NCBI GenBank assembly: GCA_000708835.1
Contig: DF236955.1
Coordinates: 124,001-188,000, forward strand
Direction: 5' to 3'
DNA: 64,000 nucleotides
From: Klebsormidium nitens
Lineage: Eukaryota > Plantae > Klebsormidiophyceae
Position 1 is the first letter of the stretch. Every line of letters starts with the position of its first letter. This document shows, piece after piece, positions 25,480 to 38,761 of this stretch. A program made the position numbers and the translations under genes. The notes beneath the pieces were generated by a model. That model saw only the letters and a list, made by a program, of their open reading frames with translations, was not told where the DNA came from and ran no database searches.

Positions 25480-26566
25480 GACGCCTGTCTCAGGAGTCGG
25501 TGGCTGCAGCGCGGAGTCAATCTGAGTCGGTGATTCAGACTTCAGCCGCCAGCAACGAAAATGGCGTCCTTCTCGGGGTCCAATTCTCTCGCTCGCGATC
25601 GATCGTCAGCAATGCACGTTGACATCAAATTACAAATGTATTCATTGGGGTGATGAGAGGGGAAATTCAGCCCCCTGCAAAAGGGCGACAATGAAGTGAG
25701 AGTTTGTATAAGAAGATTCCGAATGACACATCGGATGATCACGTGGAAAAAATCCGAACCGTCGATGATACTGTGCATCTATCAATGACGTCATGTGTGC
25801 TACATGTCAGCTCCTGATTCGCTGAAGCTCGTTTTCTGAGCCCGTGCATACTGGTGACACCCGCGCAACCGTCGCCTAGGCAGGCGGGATTCACGCTGTG
25901 GCCAGAGGATGCAGGAAGTCAGCAGCTCGGCGACGCCCCTGGCATGAGCTTACCAAGGTATACCTACTTGAACGAACGGCATTCGCAATGGACGCAATGG
26001 ACGCTTGGCTAAACGACATCTAGCCAAACAGTCCTGAAGACGTCAGGAGGGAGGAAACCTGGCGCCCTAGGATTTGGAACTTTTGTGGTTCACGTGTTTG
26101 GGGCCGGCAGCGAGTGCATCTGCTAAAGCGGGAATGTGCTAAGCGAATGGCACATTGAGGGGCGCTTGGGAACAAACAAGCTGGTATGTTCCAACCCCCA
26201 AAGTGTCCCCTTTTTTCTGCGTGTTCTACCCTTTTCAATGTGTTGCAGAAAGGTGCTCAAAATTCTGGGTGTAAATGGAATGCATAGCTCTGAAGTGCGG
26301 GGACGCTGGTTTGCAATCAATTATAGGGGTTTATCTAGCTTTTCGTTTGCTCTTCGCGCTCTTCTTTTTAGAAAGCCTCCCCATTTGTAGCCAGCTTGAC
26401 GTCCTTCAAGCTCTTCCGCTCGGAACGTCAAAGCTTTGTCAGACCATGGCTGCTTGAGGGTCCATTCCAACTTGAGGACGCCCCTCTGGAACAAACATTG
26501 AACTCATAAACACTCAGACTTTTCAGGAAGAACCACCCGACCTGGTGCATCTTTGAGCACAGTCCC

Positions 26567-28879
26567 ATGACGTCCATTTTGGAGGCGCACAATGTGAAGG
26601 TGTACGGGACAGGCGAGAAAGTGGCCTTCTTATCGCATGGCTTTGGGACAGGTGGGCAGTTCTAGGTCTTTGACGTCAAGCAGATTCTGAACCGCCTGGG
26701 GTTTGAGCTTTTGTTCAAATGTAGGCTGTGGATGCGCACATTGGCGTCACAGCTTCTAATCGGGCTCAAAGCATAGGGTCGGAGCTTGTTGTGTACTGTT
26801 GATCAGAGCGTACATCGTAGCATTGTCTGAAGCCACTCTGGTTTGCCAGTGGACCACAGCTGTAAAGACTGCGGAAAGGATACAGTTTGCTTGATTCGAA
26901 GGGCAATCGTGCCACACTCGTGTCAGGGACAGCGCTCCATTAAGTCGACTACCCTGCCATTGATGACGGAAAAGTGGCTGGTTTGTGGTATTCCCCGGCT
27001 TTGGTTGTGCTGCACTCCCCAGTGTTGGTGTCTATTGTTTGTTTGTAAGCTGCATAATCCCACCAAACGCCTGTGTGCTCGTGCAGACCAGACAGCTTGG
27101 AAACATGTAGCGTCCGATCTGGTCAGAGACCACCGAGTTGTGGTGTACGACATGATGGGGGCCGGGACAACAAATGCGGACAACTTTCCCTTCTCGCGGT
27201 ACAGCAGGTACCACCGCCGACCCTGCCCTGCCTTCCTGATTTGCTAGGTTCGCTTAATGATTATCTTGTCTTATATCCTTTGAGGTCACAGGGGCCAGCG
27301 TAGATGTGTTGGCTCCACATATGGGAAATCAATTTCATTGCTTGTCAACGTGGGCATCTAGCATCTGGGCGCACTCTACAGTCGAAGTCCAGATGCTCCA
27401 GTCTAGTTAACTGCAATGTGCCCTCAATCTGTGCAGTTGTCTGCCCTAAACGTTCATGAAGGGATTCCTTGTTATATGGGTGGCCCGAGCCTTGACATAC
27501 TTGGAACCAATCTTTTAGCCGAGACTGGTTGTTTTGACCCTCGTCAGCCTCTAACTTGCAGCTTGTGCTTGTGCGCTGCCATGATGGGCGCTCCGTGATT
27601 TGTAAGAATTGGTGCAAGAGCTATCTATACATGCTGCACGTTGCCCCTGCACATTAACTCCATCTTTTATTTCTGCACCCGTTTTCCAGTTTGCACGCAT
27701 ATGCGGACGATGTGCTGGCGATCCTGGACGAGCTCGGCGTCGAACGGTGCGTCTATGTGGGCCACTCTGTCTCGAGCATGATTGGTTTCCTGGCGTCAAT
27801 TGAGCGGCCACAGGTCTTCGAGAAGATCGTCTGCTTCTCTGCTTCGCCAAGGTAAGAATATGCGGTTTGTTCGAGTTAGCATGTGAAAGTGGCTGCACGT
27901 GATAAACCTGCTGGAGCTCTGGTCTCTGGCAAAGATGAACATATGAACATGCTCACTGCTTTGCAAGTTACAAAACTCAACTGAATGCAAGTGTGAATCG
28001 GACTCGGATTAAATGGTGTATTGGGCGTTGCTCAACAGAGAGATTTGCACGTAAAGCTTAGTAGTTTGTCGCGGGCAGTAGCAACCATGGAAACAAACCC
28101 AGCTGCCACCATGTAGACCCATTTGTTCGAGGGGACTACCATAACTTCGTCTTTCGAAAAGTCTGCGTATGCGATTATTTGCCATCAGCTACCAGATGCG
28201 AGTATTCCGCGCCATCGTTGCAGGTATCTCAATGACGAGAACTACTTTGGTGGGAACGAGGTGGCTGATCTGGAGGCCCTGTTCGAAGCCATGTCGTCCA
28301 ACTACAAGACGTGGGTTGCTGGCTTTGCGCCCCTGGCCGTGTTGGGGCCTGCGGACAGCCCGGGAGTGCAAGAGTTCTCCCGGACGCTTTTCAGCTTGCG
28401 GCCGGACATCGCGCTGAGCGTTAGCCGGACAATATACTTCTCGGATTACAGGGCCATCCTTCCTCAGGTGAGCACGGACTTATCGAGAAGGTCTAGCGGA
28501 AGCTGCACCTCATAAGCTGAGTTCGTTTCGAGAGGTTATCCATATCGGTTTGATTCATTGCGTTTGTGAATGATAACTGATCGTATGTGCGGCTCTTAAT
28601 GAAATGCGAAAGAGAAAGTTTTGGGGTGACTTACATCTCAGTTCTGCAAGTCCTTCCAAGGCCAACCATCCCTGTATTCTCTTCCAGGTTTCGGTACCAG
28701 TTCACCTGCTTCAAAGTCGAAACGACTTGGCTGTGCCGGAGTTTGTTACAAATTATGTTGCTTCTCACCTCCACAACTGCGTGGTCGAGTATCTCCCTAT
28801 CGAAGGGCATCTCCCGCATCTTGCTCAACCAGAGCTTATGACCGAAGCCATACGACGGCACATCGAGCAGCCGCCATAG
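26567..28879 (+). CDS. KAI2: KARRIKIN INSENSITIVE 2 / D14-like alpha/beta hydrolase (exons 26567-26651, 27087-27207, 27690-27851, 28224-28467, 28688-28879; 267 aa)
   Basis: 804 nt in phase. [31 protein letters not shown], nucleophile motif [41 protein letters not shown] (Asp) and GHLPHL (His). Colinear with Arabidopsis KAI2. Confidence 0.95.
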
Positions 28880-29762
28880 ACAACCTTTTCCTTGCGGGGT
28901 AAACTAACATTAAGCTTAAGCTTCGGGAATTGGCCTAGTCTTTACTAATATGAAAGACTGCTGGATCACACGATGATAAGCAATAAGTACAAAGAAGAAA
29001 GACACGACGGTTGGCTTTTGTCAGCTGCGGTTGTAAATTAAGAATGGCGCATGCATTTCGAGTGTTGATCATGCTATATTAGTTCATTGAGGACAATGGA
29101 GAGCCAACACAAATGTCGGCCGGCACAGTGCTAGGTGGCCCATACGTGGATGGTGTCAGCACATGTAGGATTATTGATTCAAAAGATTACCACGTAACAT
29201 GCTGCGTGCATGACCACCAGTAGATATGTACGTGCTCAGCCGTCCTGTTTGTACAACTTCAAGAATTATTCAAGTTCAGCGCAACCTCTACATCAGCTCT
29301 TGCCGCGCAGTCGGCCTGCGATACTGAATGTTACAGTACTAGCTTTTGGATAAGGGCACCATTGACATTGACACCTACCCCACCCAAATCCAAGCAAAAG
29401 GGAAGGGAAAGGGGATCGAACTTTGTGTTCATCTGAAGCTCGGGTCACATGTTATGTGGCGAACACAACTCACAAGCTCCTGCTCAGGGCATGCAACAGA
29501 AATTTCAGATGATTCATGGTCCATTTAGCTGGGGATGACAGGAACAGAGACGTTACCATGTGGAACACTTTGCTTCATCCGAGCCGTCCGATTCTTGACT
29601 GTACGGCTCGATCAGAGTCAAGGGCCTGTTTCTAGAAGCTTGGCAACAGAGGGAGTGGACTGAATCGTCCTGTGAGAAATGCTGGCACCAGCAAAGCAGC
29701 TTTGAAAGCTTGCACGAGCCGCGTCGCGTTCACAGAGCCTTCAGAACCACCACCTCATCAAA

Positions 29763-32700
29763 ATGGCTCTCTCGACAGCTTGTCAGGCAGTCTCCAGGGG
29801 CTCCCTGACTGGTCTCCTTGTCCCCACACAATTCAAAGCAGCTCGAACGCAAGCCCTCCCTTCGTCTCCATGTCAAAGGTTTGCTAGCAAGGAAGTTTCG
29901 CGCCTGACTAGCCTTCCTTTATTAAGAGGGACCGCAAAAGTAGCATTTGGTTGGGGCAAGGGTCAGGCAAAAGCACCCCGGGAATTGAAGGTCTTGGCAG
30001 TTTCCGAGGAGACAGAGGAGGCAAAGGTAAGTCGCTTCTCCGCTTCCTATAGTGTGAAGAATGAAGACGTGGCCTTGTTTCTCAGCATTACTATATTGTC
30101 TCTCCACTCATTCTGATCGTGAAAGCACGAAGCAACTGTCATTTAGAGGCCCGACGGTGATTTGTCATGGTTTCGGGCTTGATTCTAGAATGCTGTGTGG
30201 ATTTGGCACTTGGGATATTCCTTGATAGTCGGCCCGGTGCTCAAGTGGCACTGCCTTGTCGCATGATCTTCCGTGTCGGCTGCATGGTAAAGGTTTTTGT
30301 CAGTTCTGACATGCACATTTTCGGTTGCAAGTCGAAAACAGAGGGTTCAAAAGTTCAACATGCGGTGCAGCATTATATGTGGCATACTGCAGTCGCCAAT
30401 CTCTGTGACCTCTATGTCATTTCGTGTGCAACTTACAACTGTCGGTTCGACAGAGATCTTTTGACGCTTCTCTTCAGCTGACGCTTTTAGGTTTGACCTT
30501 TTGAACTTGGTGGTACTTGCTTGGCGTGGTCTCGGCCAGTCAGGCTCCGATTGTATGTGATCATCGTCTTGGTCTGAGGGACTTGGCGCCGGGAAGCAGC
30601 CGCTTTCTGTCGCGCAAAGGCCACCTCTAGATTTCATCCATGTTAGCTTCAAGGAGGTTGATGTGCTAGTGGCCGTCATGTTGGGGACAGAAATTTAATT
30701 CTCGTCATTGCTAACGTCCAGAGTGCGCTTGGATCGCTGAGGTTGGGCCGATTACTTTGGCAAGCTTTTGCAGGAGGACAAATCCTCTTTGCAGATCATT
30801 GGTCTCTTTCTGTTAGCATCAACGTTGGCAGTCAAAATCTGGTTAATCGCGCTTATGACGAGCTCATCAAAGTAGCGGAACGTGGCTTCTTGGGCGTTGC
30901 GACTTCAGAAAAAGGGGGATCTAGGCTTTCAGTTTCATCAGTCAAGACATCTTGCCCCATCAGACAGGTCAACACTCCAGCTTTTGTTTGTTTCTGGCCA
31001 TCAAGTATCTTGCCCGCAACACTTCCTTGGGCAGCTTGCCGTCTGATCTTTGAAGGTTGTGGTTTCAGTTGCCTGAAAGGTTTGGAGGAAGTCAGATTTA
31101 TCCAAGTCCTTGCAAAAGAGTTTGAAAAAGTAGGCGCAGGTTAGAGAAACTCAGATAGACCTTGTGGTGCAGGCAGTGGAAGCTGAGGAGGAAGCAGAGG
31201 CGCCGGAGGAGGAGACTGCTGAGGTGCAAGATGAGCCTGGGAAGATGACGCAGCTGCTGAGGGCGTACAGGGACGCAGTGGTGGCAGGTGGGGGAAATTT
31301 AACATCATACTTTGTACGCATGTCTCTTTGGCGGTTATATTGTGCTTCCACCCATCGATTGATGGCCAAGGGTGCTATTGGTGGTAGGAAGTCGGGTTGT
31401 TAGCCGTCCATTCTCGGTAGCTGGTCGACTTCAGAAGGCTCGAAGGCTCAACCAAGTGGACTCCAAATACTGGCGGAGAGCTATCTGAAAGAGGACCAAA
31501 GGCGCGGCACACCTTGTTTTGAACTTGAGTGGAATCAATCAGTGGCGCTACTTATAGAAAGCCAGGTTGATAGGTTCATGATCGCTGGTAGTGGCGTCAC
31601 CTCAGAAGCTTGCTGGTCTGAGTGGGTTTTAGATGCTCGTGAAATGCTGTGTGAAAGTGGAGCACAAGCGATTTGTCAATCCACCCTTATTTGTTCCTGA
31701 GCGATATTTTCCTTATTTCGGCCAGATGACGAGGATGTAGCGGAAGCGCTGGAGGAGCAGCTGCGGGCGCTGGAGGGGAGCAGCAGCAGCAGCCGGGCGG
31801 AAGAGCTCACAAAAGAAATGGAAGTCCTTAAGGATAGGTGAGCTGCAGACCTGTGCTGCTTCGGGACTGGCTAGCATTATGGGAGCAGCGTATATCGGGC
31901 TTATGTCAATGTCCTCCGTCACTTGTACACCAGGGTTTTCAACGAAGTCGAGGTGACTTGTTCCTCTCGCCAATCAGAGGTGATTACCTGATTAGGACTA
32001 TGTCTGGCGGGATTGGCTATCTACAATGCTGCAAAGGAATCTATTCTACGATTTTGTATAAAGGGATTGGCCCCTGCGCTTCTTTGAATCTAAGACTCAT
32101 GCGGCGCAAAAATGTCTGCAACATTATCTTTTTCCTTTCTTGGTTGATAATGTTGCTGGATTGGATCTCGGTAGCAGGATTGAGCAACATACTTTCCTCA
32201 TTTGAAGAGCACTGAAAGATTGGGCGGCTGAGGCGACGGGTATCATTTCTCCTTCACATCTACTTATTGCATCAATAGAGGCACATAATGGTTGAGGTGA
32301 ACTCTACATACGACGTTGCCAGCATGCTTCCTGCTCTTCGTTGAGGACGCTGCATGACCCTTAACCCTTTCCGATAAGCATATAAGCGCTCGGTTTTCTT
32401 CTGTCGTGTGCCTCCGGTTCAAAACCTTCATTGCCTAAAGCAGCTTTCATCGACAGCCAGGGCTTCTCTTCTTCTTTCTCGGTTTTTTGTCGCTGAGGGC
32501 TGCGGAACACCCTCGGTCCTTTTCTCCCGAATGTGTTGACATTGTCGACGTTCTTGAACCCCGCGCGAGCAATTCTATCCCGCTGAACGCCGACTTAGAC
32601 AGATTCGGCCGCCCTCCTCGTGCTCACTGCCCAATCACGCAATCACATGGGCGCCTTCAATCCCAGACGGTTTTGTAAACCCCCCCGCTCAGGTACCTCC

Positions 32701-34291
32701 GGCTGAACGCCGACTTCGACAACTTCCGGAAGCGCTCAGACCGCGAGAAGGCGTCGCTCGCGAGCAGCGTGCGGGGCGACGTCATCGAGGAGCTGCTGCC
32801 GATGATCGACAACTTCGAGCGCGCGCGGGACGCCGTGAAAGCGTCCACGGAGGGGGAGCAGAAGATCGACGCGAGCTACCAGGGCATCTACAAGCAGTTC
32901 GTCGACATCCTGAAAAAGCTGGGCATCGTGCCAGTGCCCGGCGCCGGCACGCCCTTCGACCCCGCGGTGAGCGTTGCTACGCAAAGCTCCTGCCTCCGAT
33001 CGATCTTTCAATGTGAAACTTAATTGAGTGGTTTGCATGGACGGCCGTTTCTGTTTTCGCCCGTACGGCCGTTTCCTTTGCCATCGTGCCACCGAGGCTT
33101 GTGTCTGGTTCTCCTCCTTTATGTGCGGTCGAACTGAACGTTTGCGAGGATCTCTTCGTCTCCCTACCTGCTCGACCTGCATTCTCTGTCTAGGCCCCAG
33201 TTTGTTTGAAACGTCGGTTGGGCGGCATAGTGATCATTCTCGACCTCTGCCTGTTTCCGTAAAGACGGTTCACATCTCCCTTTTGATACTTCAAAACCTT
33301 TTTGGGCTCCCTGTGCTCCCTAGCGGCCCCCTTCAACGTTCTTTTCCGACGAAGTTGTCACCATGATATATTTTGAAGCAGTAAGAAGCGGTAAGAAGCA
33401 CGCCTGACCACTCTAGCCTAGGTCTGTCGCGGACAAACGCGGCAGCTTGTCCTATTTTTCGGTCACCTCTCGAAACGTTTCTCGCTATCCAGATGATTAG
33501 AGTCCTAATTTTTGGGTCACATCTCGGAACGTTCCTCGCTATCCAGATGAAAAGAGCCCGATGGGAACGAGCTGCATAGCGCTCCGTTTCTGGAGGCTGA
33601 TTCCCACTTTTCTTCTGGCAAGATCTCGCGTGATTGGACCTTTCAAGTCAAAATGCAAGAAGCATAGGACTAATCAGTCGGAGAGTTCTCCCTTGATGTC
33701 AGGGACTCGGGCGAAACTTCTGGAGGTCGCCCGCCTGCCATCAGAATTTGAGTCACTGCCAACGTCACCGTTTAGCTTTCTTCAGTTAGACTGCTACGTC
33801 GACAGAGCGTTGCTCAAACCAGAATTAAGATTTGACAGCAGCTGATCAGCAGTTCGTAACGGAGATTGAAATTGCGGGAGATCAGCCGACCCCAACAAGT
33901 CGACAGCGCCTCTTCTTCGGTTATGTACTCCCAAGTGAATCAAGCTCAATGTTCAAGTCGTTTGCTTGGTTGTTTCTACTTCAGACCGCAAGCCACTCGC
34001 TGCAGATGACCAAGGGCGCGCTGCACACGGGAGAATGGTTGCACATCTTTGTTTTCAGAACAAAGTCTGTATCAAAACCTGCCTTGCAACAACCGACTTG
34101 CTGACTCCAGCTTTTGACCCTGTCAGGTTCATGAAGCCATCATGCAAGAGGAGTCAAACGAGTATGCCGAGGGCATCGTTACCCAAGAGTTCCGGAAAGG
34201 TTTTCAAATCGGTGAAAAACTGCTTCGGCCAGCTATGGTGAAGGTATCATCTGGGCCGGGGCCGGCTTCGAAAAAGAACGGTTCGGATTAA
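29763..34291 (+). CDS. grpE: Chloroplast GrpE nucleotide-exchange factor (CGE-type); exons 29763-30026, 31173-31287, 31726-31837, 32693-32966, 34127-34291; 309 aa
   Basis: 930 nt in phase. Transit peptide; RYLRLNADFDNFRKR, ELLPMIDNFERA, SYQGIYKQF, FDPAVHEAIM, EFRKGFQIGEKLLRPAMVKVS. Confidence 0.95.
33451..33558 (+). repeat. Imperfect 53-bp tandem duplication in GrpE intron 4
   Basis: cctatttttcggtcacctctcgaaacgtttctcgctatccagatga... is repeated from 33504 as cctaatttttgggtcacatctcggaacgttcctcgctatccagatga... Confidence 0.85.
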
Positions 34292-37241
34292 GAGGATGCG
34301 TTCGGAAGCTCATTTGAGTCTCATGAGTTAACAGTATTCTTGTGTGGCACGAAGATAAGGTTCGGCGCTCAGCATGATACACCTTGTCCTCGTAGTCTGG
34401 CTCTAGGAGGCGACGATTTTTTGTGAGTGTAGTTTATGGCGATTGCAAGACTAGGACACTGATCATTGGAAACGACAAGTCCCTTCGCAGATATTACTAT
34501 AAAAAAGCGAACAGTATTTGTGCATGCTATATCCGTCTTTCCAACTGGCAAAACGTCAAGATCGGTCTCATGCATTTGTCATTGCAGTTGTAGGTAAGTG
34601 TTGTTCAACAACGTAGTGACTGACTCAGGCTTACGTTGTCATACAGCTGGCCGGGGCGCCCTTGTGCTCAAATGCATATGCCATGCCAGCATGTGGCAGC
34701 AGTGACTGCCATTTGTCCTGCATGCAACGGTCATTACACAAGCTCGCCAATAGTGTTTTGCAATTGGTCGGGAAGTTCAAGCTGATCGAAGGGGCCCCGC
34801 CGTAAGTGAACGTCAGCTTGATCGAATCTTCTTTTTCCATCAGATTGGCGATCCGCAAGCTATTGACTCAGGATCGCGCGACACATGGTCCATGCAGCGC
34901 TGTAGCTACTAATATATGTTGCCCACATGAGGACCGGGCCCAACATGGTCACTCTGTGTCCTGCAGTCACTGCAACGGCATGACATGCCTTTACACGATT
35001 AGTATGCACTGAAGGATCTTGAGCTGATCATGTATAGATACTTGACCAAGCGACCGGTCTCGCTATAGATTTAGATTTAGTTGATTTAATATGGGTTCGG
35101 AGCCGTGGTCGGCTAAGACGACAATTGTCTCTTTGTGTATTTCTACACTAAACTCGCTCTTAATGCAAAGCTTAAGTGTAGATACTTTCTTATAACAGGC
35201 CACCACGCCGTGCATCAAGAAACGGTCACGATCCGTGCTTCATTCCCGTGATTCTTTTACACACGTGGAAAACGGTATGGTTTACATTTACTTTCCCACA
35301 AGTAGCCTGCCGAGCCGGAATATATGCATGACAGTGACAGTAAGTTTGTCGCATGCAAGATATCCCATATTCGATCCCAGTGCAAGGGACGGTTGCTACA
35401 ACGTCCAATCAATGTATGCCAGGATGACCAGGCTTCAATATGATGTGGAACTAAGTCAAGGACTACGCCTGGGTAGACACCACCTGCGAGCAAACTCAAT
35501 AAGGCCCATCCAACACATTGATACTCTTTTGATAGAGGACAAAGTGCAATCACAAGGTCAGAATCAGCGGTTCGCGACATTTGTGCACCCTGCATGACTG
35601 GATTGAGGTAGAAAGGGTAAACTACGCATGGAATTCGAAGTCTCAATTGTAAACAGAATTTCAAGCACATGTACAGAAGTTCCCTATACGACCTTGCCTT
35701 CCGAGCAAAAGTGGAGACTCTGAGTATAAGAACTGAGTTTGTGGTCAAAACAATGGACCAAAAGTATGCCAGGATAAAGCCAATGTTGCGATTGACGCGC
35801 AGAACGATATGAAAAGCAGGGCTCTTATATATTCAGGGCTAAAGGACTCGTCATCATTGCGGAAGGCCCGCGCAACCTGTAGATGAGCAAAACGAATATG
35901 CTTCCAGTTGTGCAAATGAACAGCCTGCTGAACCTTATCAACAGAGACATTGGCAATTGTTTGACACTAGTGCTGAGCAGAACGCAGCTTTCCCAGACAA
36001 TTAGAGAAACTCGTAAAGATTCATGGCTTCCTGCCCTCAATCGCCACGCAGGACAAACCGTGCTGCTTCAAAGCAATTTGTTGGATCTTTGAGCCATCAA
36101 TCACTTTGAGAAGAATCTCATCTGCTTGTGCAAGACTCGGTTGGCTATGCTCACACGTTTAGTGCTTCTTACTTACCACTGCCCTTCTGTTCCTCGCATC
36201 TAACGACCGGCCCTTTGGCCTCCTCATGTGCCCTGTACAGCGAGACCAATTGGAAATTGATGCAAAACAGCCAATGTTTGGATTGTCACAACGCAACAGA
36301 ATTGTCTACAGCAAACTTCAAAGTAATCGAGTAATACAGAGCATGTTGCCTGCTTCCAAAGTCCACAACAGGTTTCGTTACAATCTCAAAACCCAGAAGG
36401 TGGTATGTTTTCCAAGGCAAAAAGACGCATTTTAACAGAAACAGTACTCCGGCAAGAGACACAAGGAGACTACAGTAACCTTTTCAGCAGAAACTCTGTG
36501 TGTCAAAAGAGCTTCACTTGGGGCAATAGCTCATTTTGACTCTGCTAAGTAAAAGTGAAGGCTTTCACAGTCAGTGTTCCGACACATCGCTGTTCAAAAC
36601 AGGGTAAAAAAGCTCTTGCCGTGAAAGCTGTACATGAACACCGTTTACTTTTCGAACAAAAGTTGCCTCCATTCACATCAATGCAAAATTCACCTGGCGT
36701 CCAAGTGGGCATGGCCTGGAAGAACGACGACGAAACACCATCGTTACTGAAGCCTGACAGGGGGCCCCTGTGCATGTTTCTTCTACATATTGTCCCTCCC
36801 GGGGGCAACACCGCAACGATGGCTTGCCTGCTGCTAGTTGAGTGGGTCGTCGATGGATGAAATTTTGAAAAAAGCGAGGCAGGCTTTAGCGCTACAAGCT
36901 GGGCCATCATGCGTTTGCAATGTCAGCACTTTGGTATCAGAAGGACCAATGGTGAGGAAGTCTCATACAAGTTACCAGGCAGGTCTAGTGGAAGAGCGCC
37001 TTCAGCTATTGCCAATTGACTTCTCAGAGTCACCTTGAACTTTGAAGTTTTCCCCTTCCTCTGGTGGCGAGACTATCGTAATCATTGCGCGTGGCGCGCG
37101 CGTGCACATCCGGTTTAACTTCAAAATTAGTACAGCGCGGCCCGGCCGTTGTCGCGCGACATATGAGGGTTTCGGGGTTTAGGGGCGGCCGCGCGACCTA
37201 CAATGGCCACAGCCAGAACGCCCTGAGCCTGCCCAATCCTG

Positions 37242-38761
37242 ATGCAGTTCGCAAGCCAGACAGGAGACAGAAAGTTTTCGATCCTGCAGGAAAAGCGGCA
37301 GGTGATCCCCGGCAGCCTGATCGAGGCCTTCGGAGTAGGCAGATTGGCAGAAGTGCGATTGGGGTGCGGTTGATGATGATGACGTCAAAAGTGGTTTGTT
37401 CTCACGGACCAACTTTCAAGTCGGGAGCCTGTCACATGCACTATCTCAAAGAGATCGTCAAACGCATGTAGTGCGGGTCAAGCTGCCGGACATCCCAAAC
37501 ACCCCGGTAACAAGGAGAGCATTGGAAAAAGCGAGAAGGATTGAGAAGCTGGAGAAGACGTCATAGGACTGGAAGGGTCCTGCGACAACATCCAGACCTG
37601 CTGTGCAACCACCGGGGAAGCAGGTGAGGACGCACACTTTGTTTCGAATGATTCTATAATCTTTGCTACTAGTTCGTCATCCGGGATCAGCTCTCGTCAG
37701 ACATGCTTGGTTTTCTTAGAGGTTTTGCCTTGATTCCACCTGGACTTCGTAAGGCAGCCAGGGTTGCTGCCCGGCAAAAGACTTTGCACATGCTACATGG
37801 AATCAAATTTATGTGCCTGCTGCTCAATTCTTGAATTGCAACTCCTGCAGAAGACTCTGCTTGATTTTGCATATGAGACTGTACTGGAGCATCGCCCGAT
37901 GGCAGCTCAACCTCACAGTAGCTGCTTGAAGGACAGAAAAAGCCTCAACTTGGGATCGGCACAATTGTTTTCTGCTTGCCCTATGCTCTTTACTGATAAA
38001 GACCTGCAATATAAGCCTACGAAGCAAGTGCTTAGCATCGGCCTCGGGAAGTCTGAGAGAACGTCTACCACCTTCCCCGTACTAACCTGAAGCTGCCACC
38101 ATTCTACAGGGGGATAAGCAAAAATCCTTGGATAAGCAGGTGGAAGAGCGGCTGGCGGCCGCGAAGGTGAGTGATGAACCTTAACTCTGTCAGAATTAGC
38201 TGGTTAGATTCGTATCAGAGCAGACGTGGCCACAAAACCAAGTCGTGTGATGCCCCTGCTATTGTGTCGCAGCAAGTGAGGGCCATGGCACAGCTCAGGC
38301 TCTGGAGTAGTTGCCAAGAGAGCACACATGACAGTTGCTTCGCAGGGACAAAATGGAACCATACGTGACGACCTCATCCTGGCATGTCAGTGTTCAATCT
38401 TCGTTCAGGGTTGCGACCTCATGGAAGGCCCCCGAGGTTTTCTGTACCGTTGGGCCAACATAGCCTCGAGTATCCATTTCAATTTCGTTCCTGTGTGCAG
38501 AAAATTAAAAAGCACGAAAAAGAGTACGACGAGGCCGGGGCTTATTTGCTAAGCTTCACGGTGTCGACGTTGATTGTGCTATCGGTAATGGGGGTGATAG
38601 TCAGCGCGACGGCGGTCGGGGGCCCAGTATCAAATGAGCTTACCACCGGCCTCACCAAGTGGTTTGTAGCTACCGTGGTCGTGGCAAACGGTGTCGTGTT
38701 GGTAACGAACGCCGTTAAATATTACATCGCGTCAAAGGACCTTACACGGTTGCTTAGGTAG
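37242..38761 (+). CDS. Orphan spliced gene or pseudogene encoding a small protein with two C-terminal hydrophobic helices (supported exons ...-37623, 38110-38166, 38501-38761; 5' structure uncertain)
   Basis: Good phase-0 donors (cag|gtgagg at 37623, aag|gtgagt at 38166) and acceptors (ctacag 38109, gtgcag 38500). The last exon encodes two TM-like segments. The upstream frame contains a TAG at 37564-37566, which is either a stop or a weak acceptor. Confidence 0.4.
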
